Source of the DNA: Nitrosopumilus sp.
Lineage (GTDB): Archaea > Thermoproteota > Nitrososphaeria > Nitrososphaerales > Nitrosopumilaceae
Assembly: GCA_965223425.1 (NCBI GenBank)
Contig: OZ245003.1
Span: 1,408,001 to 1,472,000, forward strand
Length of the DNA: 64,000 nt
Direction: 5' to 3'
Numbering within the stretch: the first letter of the stretch is position 1; each line of letters starts with the position of its first letter. Of the stretch, positions 29,337-39,540 are shown one piece after another. The notes below the pieces were generated by a model that saw nothing but the letters and a program-made list of their open reading frames with translations, was not told the DNA's origin and did no database searches. The position numbers and the translations under genes were made by a program.

Positions 29337-30470
29337 TCATCTAAATTTCACGTATGCCTTTTCAAAAACCTCAAGCGATCCTTCTATGTCCTTGCCTGAC
29401 AGCCATGCCGTGACTGAGATTCTCAGCCTTGCCTGGCCTTTTGGAACGGTGGGATATCTTATTGGCTGCGCAAATATTTTGTTGTTGAACAAAAACCTTC
29501 CAAAATTAACGGCTGCTTTTTCGCTTCCAACAACTATTGGGATTATGTGGGTCTGAGATCTTATTTCAAACCCGATCTGTCTTAACCCCTTTAGGATTTG
29601 CGATGTGTTTTTTTCTAGTTTTTTCTTTTGCTTTTCTCTGTTAGAGCTGAGCCTTTTGAATGAATAGTCCACCAGAAAAGACGGAAGCGCAGACGTATAG
29701 ATAAATGGCTTTGACTTGTTAATGCATAAATCAACCACGCTGTTCTTTGATGCGACATATCCTCCAAATGATCCCAGTCCTTTGCTCAGACTGCTAATGT
29801 ACAAATCAATCCTCCTTGAAACATTAAAGTAATCTGGCGTGCCTTTTCCGTCTTTTCCAACGACAAAATCGCCATGTGCATCATCTATGACCGTTATTCC
29901 GTTTGATTTTTCTGAAATTTCAGTGATCTGTTTTAAAGACGAAAAGTCCCCATCCATGCTAAATACCCCCTCGGTGATGACAAACCTGTTTTTTCCGTTC
30001 TGCCTTATTTTTTTTTCCAAGTCTTCCATGTCATTGTGTCTGTAAACCAAAACCCTGGCCCCTGACAGCCTGCATGACTCGATTATGCTTGCGTGATTTA
30101 GCTCATCACTTAGAATCAAATCGCCTTTTTGTGCAACTGACGAGATTGCTCCAAGATTTGCCATGTAGCCTGTGGGGTATACCAAGCTGCTCTGCTGCGA
30201 TTTGTGCTTTGCAAGACTCTCTTCTAGTTTTTTGTATGACTGATCATTTCCAGATACCAGCCTTGAGCTTGACTGAAGCTGTCTGATCTGCATCTTTGTA
30301 GTCGGGATTCCCAGATAGTCATTTGAGCACAAATTGAGAAGCTTTTTTCCGTTAATTGCGATGTATGCGCCCCGGGATTTCCCATACTGTAATTTCCTGT
30401 ATAGATCATTTTTTTTGATCCTCTCCAACTCCGAATCAACAAAACCTAGATGATTATGCTTTGAGGCCAA
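29337..30470 (-). CDS. bioF: 8-amino-7-oxononanoate synthase
   Basis: SNDYLG, DELNHASI, FSMDGD, DDAH, SLSKG. Confidence 0.95.
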   Translation of the reverse strand: MASKHNHLGFVDSELERIKKNDLYRKLQYGKSRGAYIAINGKKLLNLCSNDYLGIPTTKMQIRQLQSSSRLVSGNDQSYKKLEESLAKHKSQQSSLVYPTGYMANLGAISSVAQKGDLILSDELNHASIIESCRLSGARVLVYRHNDMEDLEKKIRQNGKNRFVITEGVFSMDGDFSSLKQITEISEKSNGITVIDDAHGDFVVGKDGKGTPDYFNVSRRIDLYISSLSKGLGSFGGYVASKNSVVDLCINKSKPFIYTSALPSFLVDYSFKRLSSNREKQKKKLEKNTSQILKGLRQIGFEIRSQTHIIPIVVGSEKAAVNFGRFLFNNKIFAQPIRYPTVPKGQARLRISVTAWLSGKDIEGSLEVFEKAYVKFR

Positions 30471-31431
30471 TTTTCTCTATCATTTTACGGTCTTTTTTTG
30501 CCTCGTTTCCGCCCATGGTCAGGTATCCTGCGGTAATAATCCCGTTTGCGCCGCTTTGAAGCAGCTCTTCTCCCGAATCATCCAGACTTGTTTCTCTTCC
30601 GCCAGAAATTTTAATCACAGACTCGGGTAAAAGAAACCGCATAACAGAAAACATTCTGATGATCTCAGAATTTGAAAGCTCCGTTTGTAATTCAAGGGGC
30701 GTTCCCGGAATTGGAACCAGCATGTTAATTGTAACCTCTTCGGGAAACAGTCTTGCCAGTTCCAGCGACAGCTCTAATCTTTGTGCCCTTGTCTCGCCTA
30801 ACCCGATGATTCCCCCCGTGCAAAGCTCCAACCCCGCATCTCTTGCAATCTTTAGTGTTTCCAGCCTATCCTCATATGTGTGGGTGGTGCAAATCTCTGG
30901 GAATTTTGATTTTGCAGTCTCCAAATTGTGGTTGTATCTTTTTACCTTGAGCTCTTTTAATTTGCCTGCCTGTTCTTTTGTAAGAAAGCCCAAGCTGCAT
31001 TCAACATCAATTCCAACTTTTTCATTAACCTCTGTAATTATTTCACATACCTTGAGAAAGTCTTTTGGCGTTGGCCCTCCCCATGCTGCCACCAAGCAAT
31101 AGGACTCTGCACCCTCTTCTTTTGCCTTCACTGCTTTTTGAACCACTTCTTCTGGAGTTGGCAGCTGGTATGTCTCAATTCCTGTGTCAAAAAATGCAGA
31201 CTGCCCGCAAAAAGTACAGTCTTCACTGCACGCATTTTTTTTGATGTTGTTTAATTGCTCGACGTCGACCTTGCTTCCGTTAAAATCCCTGGTGATCTCA
31301 TTGGCACGTGTTGCTAGCTCTTTAAGATCTTCATCTGGGACGTCAAATAATTTCTTGGCATCCTCTGATGAAATTCCGTCTCCAGAAAATACTTTTTCTT
31401 GGCAGTCCCTAATAAGTTGCAGAGCGCTCAT
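30454..31431 (-). CDS. bioB: Biotin synthase
   Basis: CSEDCTFC, YNHNLET, GYLT. Confidence 0.96.
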   Translation of the reverse strand: MSALQLIRDCQEKVFSGDGISSEDAKKLFDVPDEDLKELATRANEITRDFNGSKVDVEQLNNIKKNACSEDCTFCGQSAFFDTGIETYQLPTPEEVVQKAVKAKEEGAESYCLVAAWGGPTPKDFLKVCEIITEVNEKVGIDVECSLGFLTKEQAGKLKELKVKRYNHNLETAKSKFPEICTTHTYEDRLETLKIARDAGLELCTGGIIGLGETRAQRLELSLELARLFPEEVTINMLVPIPGTPLELQTELSNSEIIRMFSVMRFLLPESVIKISGGRETSLDDSGEELLQSGANGIITAGYLTMGGNEAKKDRKMIEKIGLKA

Positions 31432-31506
31432 ATATCCTCATTCTAAACAATTCCAATTTATAACAATAATGGAAAGGTTAACCTAGAGGCGTGTTGGGGT
31501 TAACAC

Positions 31507-32823
31507 TCAAATCACCTGTGATCTTGCCGCTTTGATGGTCATGATTGTTCGGTCTAGAAGCAAGTTTAGCTCATTTTCTGATATTGCCAGGGGCGGTACA
31601 AGCATGACTATGTTCCCAAGCGTGCGAAGGTATATCCCGTGTTTCTTGCCTTCCTCAAAGAATATCTTGTTGGTTGATTTTTTGGGGCAGATGGGCGTTT
31701 TTTTCTGCCTGTCTGAGACCAGTTCAATTCCCATAAGCATTCCCTTATGCCGTATGTCACCCACAATGTCGATCTCCGAAATCTCCTGATAGAATTTTTC
31801 AAAAACTTTTGATGTTCTTTGAATTTTTTTAATCAACTTGTTTTTTTGGTACAGCATCAGATTCTCATTTGCAACTGCAGCCGCAATGGGATTTCCTGTA
31901 TATGTGTGGCCATGAAACAGGTGTTTCTGATCGTTAAACTCCCCTAAAAACGAATCATAAATTTTTTTGCCAGCCAGGGTTGCAGCCATTGTAAGATATC
32001 CGCCAGTTAGCATTTTTCCATATGCCACAATGTCTGGAATGCTTTTTTGCTCTTCATATTGTGACATGGAGCCCAACCTTCCAAAGCCTGTTGCAATCTC
32101 ATCTAAAACAAACAAGACATCATATTTTTTACAGAGCCGGCTGATCTTTTTCTGAAATCCTTTTGGATAAATTATGACTCCTCCTGCAACTTGTGCACCG
32201 CTCTCCATGACAAAGGCTGCAACATTGTCATTTTTAGCTAGCTTCTTTTCAATTTTATCTAGGCAATAATTTTGATAGTCGTAATCTGTAAACCCTTTTG
32301 GAATTCTGTATTTATTTGGGACAGGAAACTGGGTTGCAGCAAACAGCTGTTTTTTAAACTTGCCAAAAAATTCTGGAACATATCCAACAGACATTGCGCC
32401 AAACGTATCCCCATGATATCCGTTTTCAACTGCTGCAATCTGTGTCTTCTTTTTCTCTCCAACGTTTTTCCAGTATTGCAGTGCCATCTTAATTGCAATC
32501 TCCATTGCAGATGACCCGTTATCTGAATAGAATACCTTGTGCATTTTAGGCGATATCTTTACAAGATTTTCTGCAAGTTTTTCAGCAGGCTCGTTTGTGA
32601 GGTTGAACATGGATGAGTGCTGTAGTCTCTTGCTTTGGTCTGCGATGACTTTTACTAGATGTGGATTAGAATGCCCCCATACATTGCACCACATTGATGC
32701 CACGCCATCAAGCATTTTGTTGCCTTTAGAATCAGTTAACCACATGCCTTTACCCCGGGTGATCTTCTCAAAGGACTCCCATTCATTCATCTGGGTATTT
32801 GGGTGCCAAACAGAACTTTTCAA
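31507..32823 (-). CDS. bioA: DAPA aminotransferase
   Basis: WHPNTQM, YHGDT, DEIATGFGR, HGHTYTGNP. Confidence 0.96.
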   Translation of the reverse strand: MKSSVWHPNTQMNEWESFEKITRGKGMWLTDSKGNKMLDGVASMWCNVWGHSNPHLVKVIADQSKRLQHSSMFNLTNEPAEKLAENLVKISPKMHKVFYSDNGSSAMEIAIKMALQYWKNVGEKKKTQIAAVENGYHGDTFGAMSVGYVPEFFGKFKKQLFAATQFPVPNKYRIPKGFTDYDYQNYCLDKIEKKLAKNDNVAAFVMESGAQVAGGVIIYPKGFQKKISRLCKKYDVLFVLDEIATGFGRLGSMSQYEEQKSIPDIVAYGKMLTGGYLTMAATLAGKKIYDSFLGEFNDQKHLFHGHTYTGNPIAAAVANENLMLYQKNKLIKKIQRTSKVFEKFYQEISEIDIVGDIRHKGMLMGIELVSDRQKKTPICPKKSTNKIFFEEGKKHGIYLRTLGNIVMLVPPLAISENELNLLLDRTIMTIKAARSQVI

Positions 32824-32872
32824 CTGATTTTGTATGGTTTAAGATCTTAATAATTAACCGATGAATTAATCA

Positions 32873-33583
32873 ATGAATCATTTAGAATCTATTTTGTTGA
32901 AATCTATCTTTATTGCTGGAACTGACACTGATGTTGGAAAGACATACATCACAGCAGGCTTGGGCGCAACACTTCGAAAAATGGGAATTGACGTTGGCGT
33001 GATGAAGCCGTTTGCAGCGGGAAGAACACCCCAGAAGAAAGGCTACAAATCAGAGGATGCTGAAATTTTGTCTCGCGCCGCACAAGTCTGTGATCCGGAA
33101 AACTTGGTGAATCCCCAGTTTTTTCCAATCCCTGCATCCCCTTACACTGCGTGGAAGAGTTTGAAAATAAAGCCAAAAATCTCCGCCGTCTTATCTAGTT
33201 TTAAAAAACTATCAAAACGTCACGATATGTTGCTTGTAGAGGGAATGGGCGGGGTTATGACTCCCATTCTAAGGGAGTACTACATTACAAGTTTGATCAG
33301 AGAGATGGGGATTCCGGCAGTCATTGTAACAAAAACTAGGATTGGAACTGTCAATCACACCATAATGACAGCAAAGATGTGCGAAAAATATAAAATTCCA
33401 GTCAAGGGAATCATAATCAACAATTTTGATAAAGGATATCCTGTAAAAGAACTAAGGCGGGACCTGCAAAGCCTTACCGGAATCCCGGTCTTGGGCTCGA
33501 TTCCGTTCATTAAAAACATGAGTGATTCGGCGTTGTTTAAAATTTTCAAAAAAAATATTGATTTCAAACTGCTCTTGGCGTAA
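32873..33583 (+). CDS. bioD: Dethiobiotin synthase
   Basis: GTDTDVGKT, VEGMGG, GTVNHT. Confidence 0.96.
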   Translation: MNHLESILLKSIFIAGTDTDVGKTYITAGLGATLRKMGIDVGVMKPFAAGRTPQKKGYKSEDAEILSRAAQVCDPENLVNPQFFPIPASPYTAWKSLKIKPKISAVLSSFKKLSKRHDMLLVEGMGGVMTPILREYYITSLIREMGIPAVIVTKTRIGTVNHTIMTAKMCEKYKIPVKGIIINNFDKGYPVKELRRDLQSLTGIPVLGSIPFIKNMSDSALFKIFKKNIDFKLLLA

Positions 33584-34153
33584 CTACTGCACACGCAATA
33601 TTTTGAATTTGCTTGCGCCGCCTGCGCTGCTGCTGCTGCCAAACTGCGCTATCTCAAAGATGATTTTTGAAAACGAGCTGTCTTCTTCTTCCTTGGACAA
33701 AACAAACGATTTTTCTTTAATCGGAATGTTTTCTGATAACACCACCCAAATGTTATTTTTCTCTGGCTGAATTTTTTCCAGCTCCGAGATTTTTTCTTTG
33801 ATTGCCTTTAATTCTGATGATTTTGGAATGCAAATCACCAACGCCCTCTTTGGGTCTTTTTCTAATGTTTTGATGTCTGGAATTACAATGTCTAAATCAA
33901 TTCCTTGAAGTTCTATTTTTCTTTGACTGGTAATCAGAGCGCTGGTGAGCAGGTAATGCAGCAGCCCTGTAGCTAGAATTCCTATTGCCTCGTCTTTTTC
34001 TCCAAGGGAAGCAACTTCATCATAGCAATCTCTGACAACTTTGTCAATTATCTGATCAAATTTTTTCTCAGAAATTAGCTGCGGCACAGTCTGTGAATTT
34101 CTGATATACTCAAACAAGAAATCCTTGACCGGGTTTGTCTCCTCATCCATCAT
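33584..34153 (-). CDS. Conserved hypothetical protein
   Basis: Coupled to HMG-CoA synthase; DIVIP motif. Confidence 0.75.
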   Translation of the reverse strand: MMDEETNPVKDFLFEYIRNSQTVPQLISEKKFDQIIDKVVRDCYDEVASLGEKDEAIGILATGLLHYLLTSALITSQRKIELQGIDLDIVIPDIKTLEKDPKRALVICIPKSSELKAIKEKISELEKIQPEKNNIWVVLSENIPIKEKSFVLSKEEEDSSFSKIIFEIAQFGSSSSAGGASKFKILRVQ

Positions 34154-35544
34154 TCATTAAAGACGTAACGCCTTTCGCCTCTGGATTCTGTTTCAGTTTT
34201 TACATCTATGAGCACAAACTCCTTCTTTGTATGTACCATTGACTCTTCAGGGGTCAGCATATTTTCGTGCAGCTTTTCATATTCTTCCAATGTTAGCTTT
34301 CTTCTTTTGCCAATCTCTGCCTCTAAATTCATGTTCTTTACTACCTGCTCATATTCTGGTTGAATGACCCCGCTGAACACCATCGCACTGCTTCCGCTGC
34401 CATATGATCCAAATCCTACTCTTTTTCCTTCTAGTTTAATCCCTTTTTGGAATTCAAATTCTAAACTGCTTCTAAATCCCAAGTATAATGATGCGGTGTA
34501 CAAATTTCCAATCATGCTGGATGCAACAAGCGAACTTGCAAGTTTTGACTCGTACACTTCTTGAAATTCAGGAGTTTTTGAAAACAGTTTTGTAAACTCG
34601 TGATCATTTGCCATAAACTCCTCATCGCCTAGCACTGATTCAATTGTTCCTCGCGGATCTTTTGGTGTGGGTTCCTCAACGCCTACCTCCTGTAAAATTC
34701 TCTTCCAACGTGGGAGCTGACGCCACTCGTGTCTGATTAGGTATGCTAGCGCCTTTTTTCCCATGTTGCTGTATGGCAAGTGCATGTTAATGTAATCCAT
34801 GTGGTCTAGAATCGTCTCACCTGGCTCTATGTTGATTAGCCGTGTTGAGATTACCTTTTTCTTATAAGCCTCGAGTGCTTTTCTTACCTGAATCATGTAA
34901 AGCAGGTTAGAGTATTGTCCATGAACGATTGGTGTTTCTTTTCCAAAAGGTCTGTAAAAATCATACTCATCTTTAATCGACGTTGATGTGACTTTTGGAT
35001 CAAACGTCAACAATCTTGGGGCATCATTGAGAAGCATCACCACAGATCCCGCACCCTGAGTCATTTCCCCGCTAGAACCCATGTCGTATTTTGCAATATC
35101 AGACACCACTACAAGTGCATATTTTCCTTCTGCCTCCCCTGCTCTAATCCAATTTGTGTTGTCGTACAATGCATACGAGCCACTGACACACGCAAACTTG
35201 GTTTCAACTCCGCCACAGTGCTCAAATGCCCCCTGACCATAAACCTGCTCTAGCATTCCAATAACATAGGAATTCATTGCCTTTGACTCGTCAAATGACG
35301 ATTCAGTTGAAACGTATAATCTCCCAATGTCTTCGGGGGATAGTTTGTTTTTCTGCATAATTTTCAAACATGCATTTGCTGCAAGACATGCTGGATCCTG
35401 GTTTGCATCCACAATTGCCATCTGAGATATCCCTAGCCCTTTTTGTAACTTTACCGGGTCTAATCCCCTAGCTGCGGCAAAATCAGACGCATCGATGTAT
35501 AATCTAGGGATGTATATTGCAATATCATCTATTCCTGCCGCCAT
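34150..35544 (-). CDS. mvaS: Hydroxymethylglutaryl-CoA synthase
   Basis: ETKFAC, YDFYRP, HLPY, GNLYTASL, SYGSG. Confidence 0.95.
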   Translation of the reverse strand: MAAGIDDIAIYIPRLYIDASDFAAARGLDPVKLQKGLGISQMAIVDANQDPACLAANACLKIMQKNKLSPEDIGRLYVSTESSFDESKAMNSYVIGMLEQVYGQGAFEHCGGVETKFACVSGSYALYDNTNWIRAGEAEGKYALVVVSDIAKYDMGSSGEMTQGAGSVVMLLNDAPRLLTFDPKVTSTSIKDEYDFYRPFGKETPIVHGQYSNLLYMIQVRKALEAYKKKVISTRLINIEPGETILDHMDYINMHLPYSNMGKKALAYLIRHEWRQLPRWKRILQEVGVEEPTPKDPRGTIESVLGDEEFMANDHEFTKLFSKTPEFQEVYESKLASSLVASSMIGNLYTASLYLGFRSSLEFEFQKGIKLEGKRVGFGSYGSGSSAMVFSGVIQPEYEQVVKNMNLEAEIGKRRKLTLEEYEKLHENMLTPEESMVHTKKEFVLIDVKTETESRGERRYVFNE

Positions 35545-35586
35545 AAGCTTGGCTCCGATGATTCACTAATAAGGATTATTGTGCGA

Positions 35587-35640
35587 TCAGCTAAGCGAAA
35601 TATGTCCTGGTTAGGGAATCATCTCTCATGCGCAGGTTCA
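35587..35640. mobile_element. Isolated end of the 42382-type ISH3-like element
   Basis: TCAGCTAAGCGAAATATG matches the TIR CTCAGCTAAGCGAAATCTG. Confidence 0.55.
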
Positions 35641-35885
35641 AACCGCTGATCTGATGTCAGATTTGAGATACATTTTGCCTAACTGACTTTTGTCGTATGA
35701 CTTTACGTCCACAAGCCAACTGACAAAAGAGTCGGGCCATGATCTACGATGTCACATAAGAAGCAAAATTATTTTGGGATACCACATGACTTCACGGGGC
35801 TACATTCACGTGACATATCATCAATTCAGAGGAAACATTGAAAATGAATCGCCAAAAAAAAGATTTATTGATTTAAGGAAGAAAA

Positions 35886-36758
35886 TTATTGGTATTTTTT
35901 ATTGTCTCTTAGATATTTTGAGATAAACCATTTTACAAATACAAAGTCATTGTTTTTCAAATAAGAGAACTCTAGTTTTTTGATGTATGTCTGTTTTTCT
36001 TTTGGTTTTATATTCATCATCGGATATTTGTTCTTGTGCAAAATTAACAGCGTTAGCATTCTTCCCATTCTTCCGTTTCCATCAATAAAGGGATGAATTA
36101 ATTCAAATCTTCTATGAAATTTTGCAGATAATTGTACTGGATTAATCTTTGTCTTGATTTTGTTGTACCATTTCACTAATTCTTCAATGTCTGAAATTAC
36201 ATCAGCCCATAAGGAATACTCTGTTTTTCCCAGATATGGGGCTACATCTTCTCTCCTGAAACTTCCTGCATTATTTATGTCGGTTTTTTCAAACAATATT
36301 CCATGCCAGTCAAGAATCAATTTTTTAGAAATATCCTTATCTGTTTTTAGCATGCCATCGAAAATTATTGCCATCTGTTCGGCCTCTACAATGTCTTCAG
36401 TGGAGGTATCTTTAGGAGACAGGTGATCCTCCAATAATTTCCTTGTTTGACCCAGCGTCATAGTACTCCCTTCAATTCTTTGTGTGCTGTATACATGACT
36501 GATTTTGAAACCATGATGCTCTGATTTTAGAATTTTTGGATCAGTTTTTTTCGAAAATTCCAAGTATTTTTTTTTAATTTTTTCCAGTAACGGATTTTTT
36601 TCTTCTTGGAAAATTTCTTCTTCAAATTCTTTTTTTATCTGTTCCATATTGTTAGGTATTTTTTTGCCCAGATATCGTTCATATTGTTTTATGCTGGTTT
36701 TATGAGTTAGATAATGGTACTCTCTGTTGCCTTTAGTTCGTTTAGTTACTGATGCCAT
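35886..36758 (-). CDS. Fic-domain protein with internal inhibitory helix
   Basis: HPFIDGNGRMGR active site; STQRIEG inhibitory motif. Confidence 0.92.
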   Translation of the reverse strand: MASVTKRTKGNREYHYLTHKTSIKQYERYLGKKIPNNMEQIKKEFEEEIFQEEKNPLLEKIKKKYLEFSKKTDPKILKSEHHGFKISHVYSTQRIEGSTMTLGQTRKLLEDHLSPKDTSTEDIVEAEQMAIIFDGMLKTDKDISKKLILDWHGILFEKTDINNAGSFRREDVAPYLGKTEYSLWADVISDIEELVKWYNKIKTKINPVQLSAKFHRRFELIHPFIDGNGRMGRMLTLLILHKNKYPMMNIKPKEKQTYIKKLEFSYLKNNDFVFVKWFISKYLRDNKKYQ

Positions 36759-36861
36759 GCAATGCCTTACCCAGTATATTATTTAATTATTTACAAAATA
36801 ACTATATTACACTGGGTAATAGTTTTATGCTGCAAAGCAGTATGAAATTACGACTAATCTC

Positions 36862-37099
36862 TTACAGGTCATCATGCAGGCAGAACAGCAGATGCCTCCT
36901 GCGTCCGGGCATGCAGTTTTCTGGCCTTTCTGCCAGTGCAGGATGTGATATGTTCTGTGTCGTGTGGTTTCTGTGCCTGGCCCACAGCTTCTGAACCCAT
37001 CGTACTGACACTTTCATGGATTGGGCTATCTGGGAGTTGGTAATCTGACCGTTTCTCTTTTCTTGCACTCTGTTGTACCTGCGGGTTCTTTAGTTTCAT
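36862..37099 (-). pseudogene. Transposase HTH remnant (IS481-like)
   Basis: NSQIAQSMKVSVRWVQKLWAR..GR; frameshifted. Confidence 0.55.
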
Positions 37100-37391
37100 G
37101 TTGTCTGGATGCTCCAGACTTCGTGTTTTCCTACCTTTTTTTCCAGACCCACAACCCTTGTTTCCTGTGACAGTAAGGTTGGTGCACCTGCTCTTTATCG
37201 ACTTTACAACTCAGACAAGGGGTGAACTACTTTTTGTACAAGATAGCGCAAAAAACAGGCAGTCTGCCATGATTGCAAGAGAGATGTGTACATCAGAGGC
37301 CCGTCCAGAAACTGTGGGGGGTTCGTCGATTTCGGGCTCCGGATGTTTTGGTGCTTTTTGACTCGTTTTTTATTGTCTGATCAATATGTCC

Positions 37392-38096
37392 TTATTTTTT
37401 TAGCTCAGTTTCAAAAATATTTTCAAACGTTTCGTATGGCTGTGCTCCAAAAATTCGCGTAGTTTTTCCATCCGGACCAATTACAAAGAATGCAGGAGTT
37501 CCGGTTAGCTCTAACAGTTTGGCATCATCATTACTTGCAATAATTGTCTGTGAATGTGTTCCTTTTTCCATACATTCAGACCATTGAACGGCATCTAGGT
37601 CTATTTCTTGAGCAAACTTTAACAAGTTCTCAGAAGATGCCCAACCATTGTTCTCCCCTGTCCAATTATCGTATAGAATGTCATGGTATTGCCAAAATAA
37701 TCCTTGCTCGTTTGCACAATGGGCACCATGAGATGCATTGACTGAGTCAGGCCCTATTATGTTATAGTCTTTGAAAATCATTTTGACTTTTCCGGCTTCA
37801 ACATAGTTTTTCAATATGTCATCTTCAGTAGAGTGAAAGAAAACATTACAGAAGTGACATTGATAATCTCCAAATTCCACCAAAGTTACTTGTGCATCAG
37901 GGTTTCCAAGAATCGGTGAGCCGTTATCCAGAAATGTATTCATTGTAATTTTTTGCGGTTCTGATTCTTTAATGACTGGTGCTGGCTCTAATGTGAGCTC
38001 TTGCTCGTTTGAAATTCCATCAAATCCCACAAATGCCATAATTATTGTTATAGAAGCAATTCCTGCACCCATTGCCAAGGAAGGGCCATGTATCAA
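37392..38096 (-). CDS. DsbA-family oxidoreductase
   Basis: EFGDYQCHFC, GTPAF, GAQP. Confidence 0.92.
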   Translation of the reverse strand: MIHGPSLAMGAGIASITIIMAFVGFDGISNEQELTLEPAPVIKESEPQKITMNTFLDNGSPILGNPDAQVTLVEFGDYQCHFCNVFFHSTEDDILKNYVEAGKVKMIFKDYNIIGPDSVNASHGAHCANEQGLFWQYHDILYDNWTGENNGWASSENLLKFAQEIDLDAVQWSECMEKGTHSQTIIASNDDAKLLELTGTPAFFVIGPDGKTTRIFGAQPYETFENIFETELKK

Positions 38097-38487
38097 TGAT
38101 GTTGAAATTTTTTCAACCCATTTAGTCTTTTGTGACTACATCCATCATGTTGTTTTTCAGCCAAATTGAACGCTGTATCATGGCAGCTAAGCAAAATGCG
38201 CTCTAACACAAGCCAAATCCAGTACAAAACACAAACAGATCAAAAGGATGCAACCCCGATGATTTTCGTTGTCAAGACAAAAAACCAAACAGAATGGTAT
38301 CAAGTATTATGGCATCTTAGTACATGCGCCGTGCACTTTCAGAATACCTGAGGACAGCAAACCGAATTGACGGGATGAACACATTGGCCGAAAATCTCTC
38401 GTGGCAAAGGACACTTGATCGGCACCCACATGAGATGATCATTCTCCTCATCAATAACTAAAAAAACAGGATGGTGTGAGTGGATGT

Positions 38488-39540
38488 ATGAAAAAAGTTT
38501 TTGTGAATGGATATGGCTCTATTGGCAGCAGGATTACTGCATTTCTCAAAGATGATCCAGAGATTAACCTCATTGGGGTAGGCAAGTACTCTCCAGACAA
38601 TGATGTTAATGTTGCAATTTCTAGAGGATTGAAGGTTTATGTCCCTGAAAAAAAATTAAACGAATTCAAAGACTTCGATGTGTCAGGAACAGTTGAATCT
38701 GCACTTGATGACTGCGATTTAGTAATAGATGCCGCCCCTGGCAGTCATGGTTACAAAAACAAAAAAAATGCCTACGAACCAAGAGACATTCCTGCAATTT
38801 ACCAAGGCGGAGAAACCACAGCTGGGTCTGAGGCTGTTTCTGATTTACTGTTTAACTCTAGAGTCAACTATGATCTTGCGTTAGGCAAGCAACATGTAAT
38901 GCAAGGCAGCTGCAATGTGACTGGGATGGGGAGGATTTTAGAACCTTTGCGGCTAAAATTTGGCAAAAGGCTAACTCGGTTTGATGTAACATTGATCCGG
39001 CGATGGGCAGACATTGAACAGACTGACAAAGCACTTTCAGATACCATAGAGATGACAGAAAAACCTCATCACGGAGATGATGTCAAGACATACTTTGGAA
39101 AGGATGCGCCTCTTTTTGTTAGGGCAATAAAGGTTCCAACAAGACAAATGCATTTACACATAATGGATATCAGATTCAGGGACGCGGCCCCAAAGCCTTC
39201 TGAAATCCATGAAATTTTTACAAACGAATTTGGAGTGGCAACTTTATGGACTGCCAAAGGAACTAAAGAGGTTCGAGAGTATGCCCAAAACATGGGCTTT
39301 CACTTTACTGATACAAATATGATTCACATCCATGCCAATATGACTGCCTCCATAGGAGACACTGTTCAGATGATGTATTCGGATGATCAGACGGGGATTG
39401 TAATCCCTGAGAACCACATGCTTGTGCAAGCAATGCTGTTTGGAAAGCCTTATCAAGAAGCATTTGAACACACAAAATCAATTTTCAACATGGATGAAAA
39501 AAAACAGAAACTGCAAGAGCATTTTGCCAAAAAAGCCTAG
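38488..39540 (+). CDS. gap: Type II (archaeal) glyceraldehyde-3-phosphate dehydrogenase
   Basis: VNGYGSIG, YQGGE, GSCNVTG, VIPEN. Confidence 0.92.
   Translation: MKKVFVNGYGSIGSRITAFLKDDPEINLIGVGKYSPDNDVNVAISRGLKVYVPEKKLNEFKDFDVSGTVESALDDCDLVIDAAPGSHGYKNKKNAYEPRDIPAIYQGGETTAGSEAVSDLLFNSRVNYDLALGKQHVMQGSCNVTGMGRILEPLRLKFGKRLTRFDVTLIRRWADIEQTDKALSDTIEMTEKPHHGDDVKTYFGKDAPLFVRAIKVPTRQMHLHIMDIRFRDAAPKPSEIHEIFTNEFGVATLWTAKGTKEVREYAQNMGFHFTDTNMIHIHANMTASIGDTVQMMYSDDQTGIVIPENHMLVQAMLFGKPYQEAFEHTKSIFNMDEKKQKLQEHFAKKA

Noticed and set aside
29337-35544. Biotin cluster and bacterial-type HMG-CoA synthase in an archaeon
   Set aside because: Known features of Nitrosopumilales.
38100-38470. Broken ORF-like sequence between dsbA and gap
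   Set aside because: No motif I can support; probably a decayed insertion.
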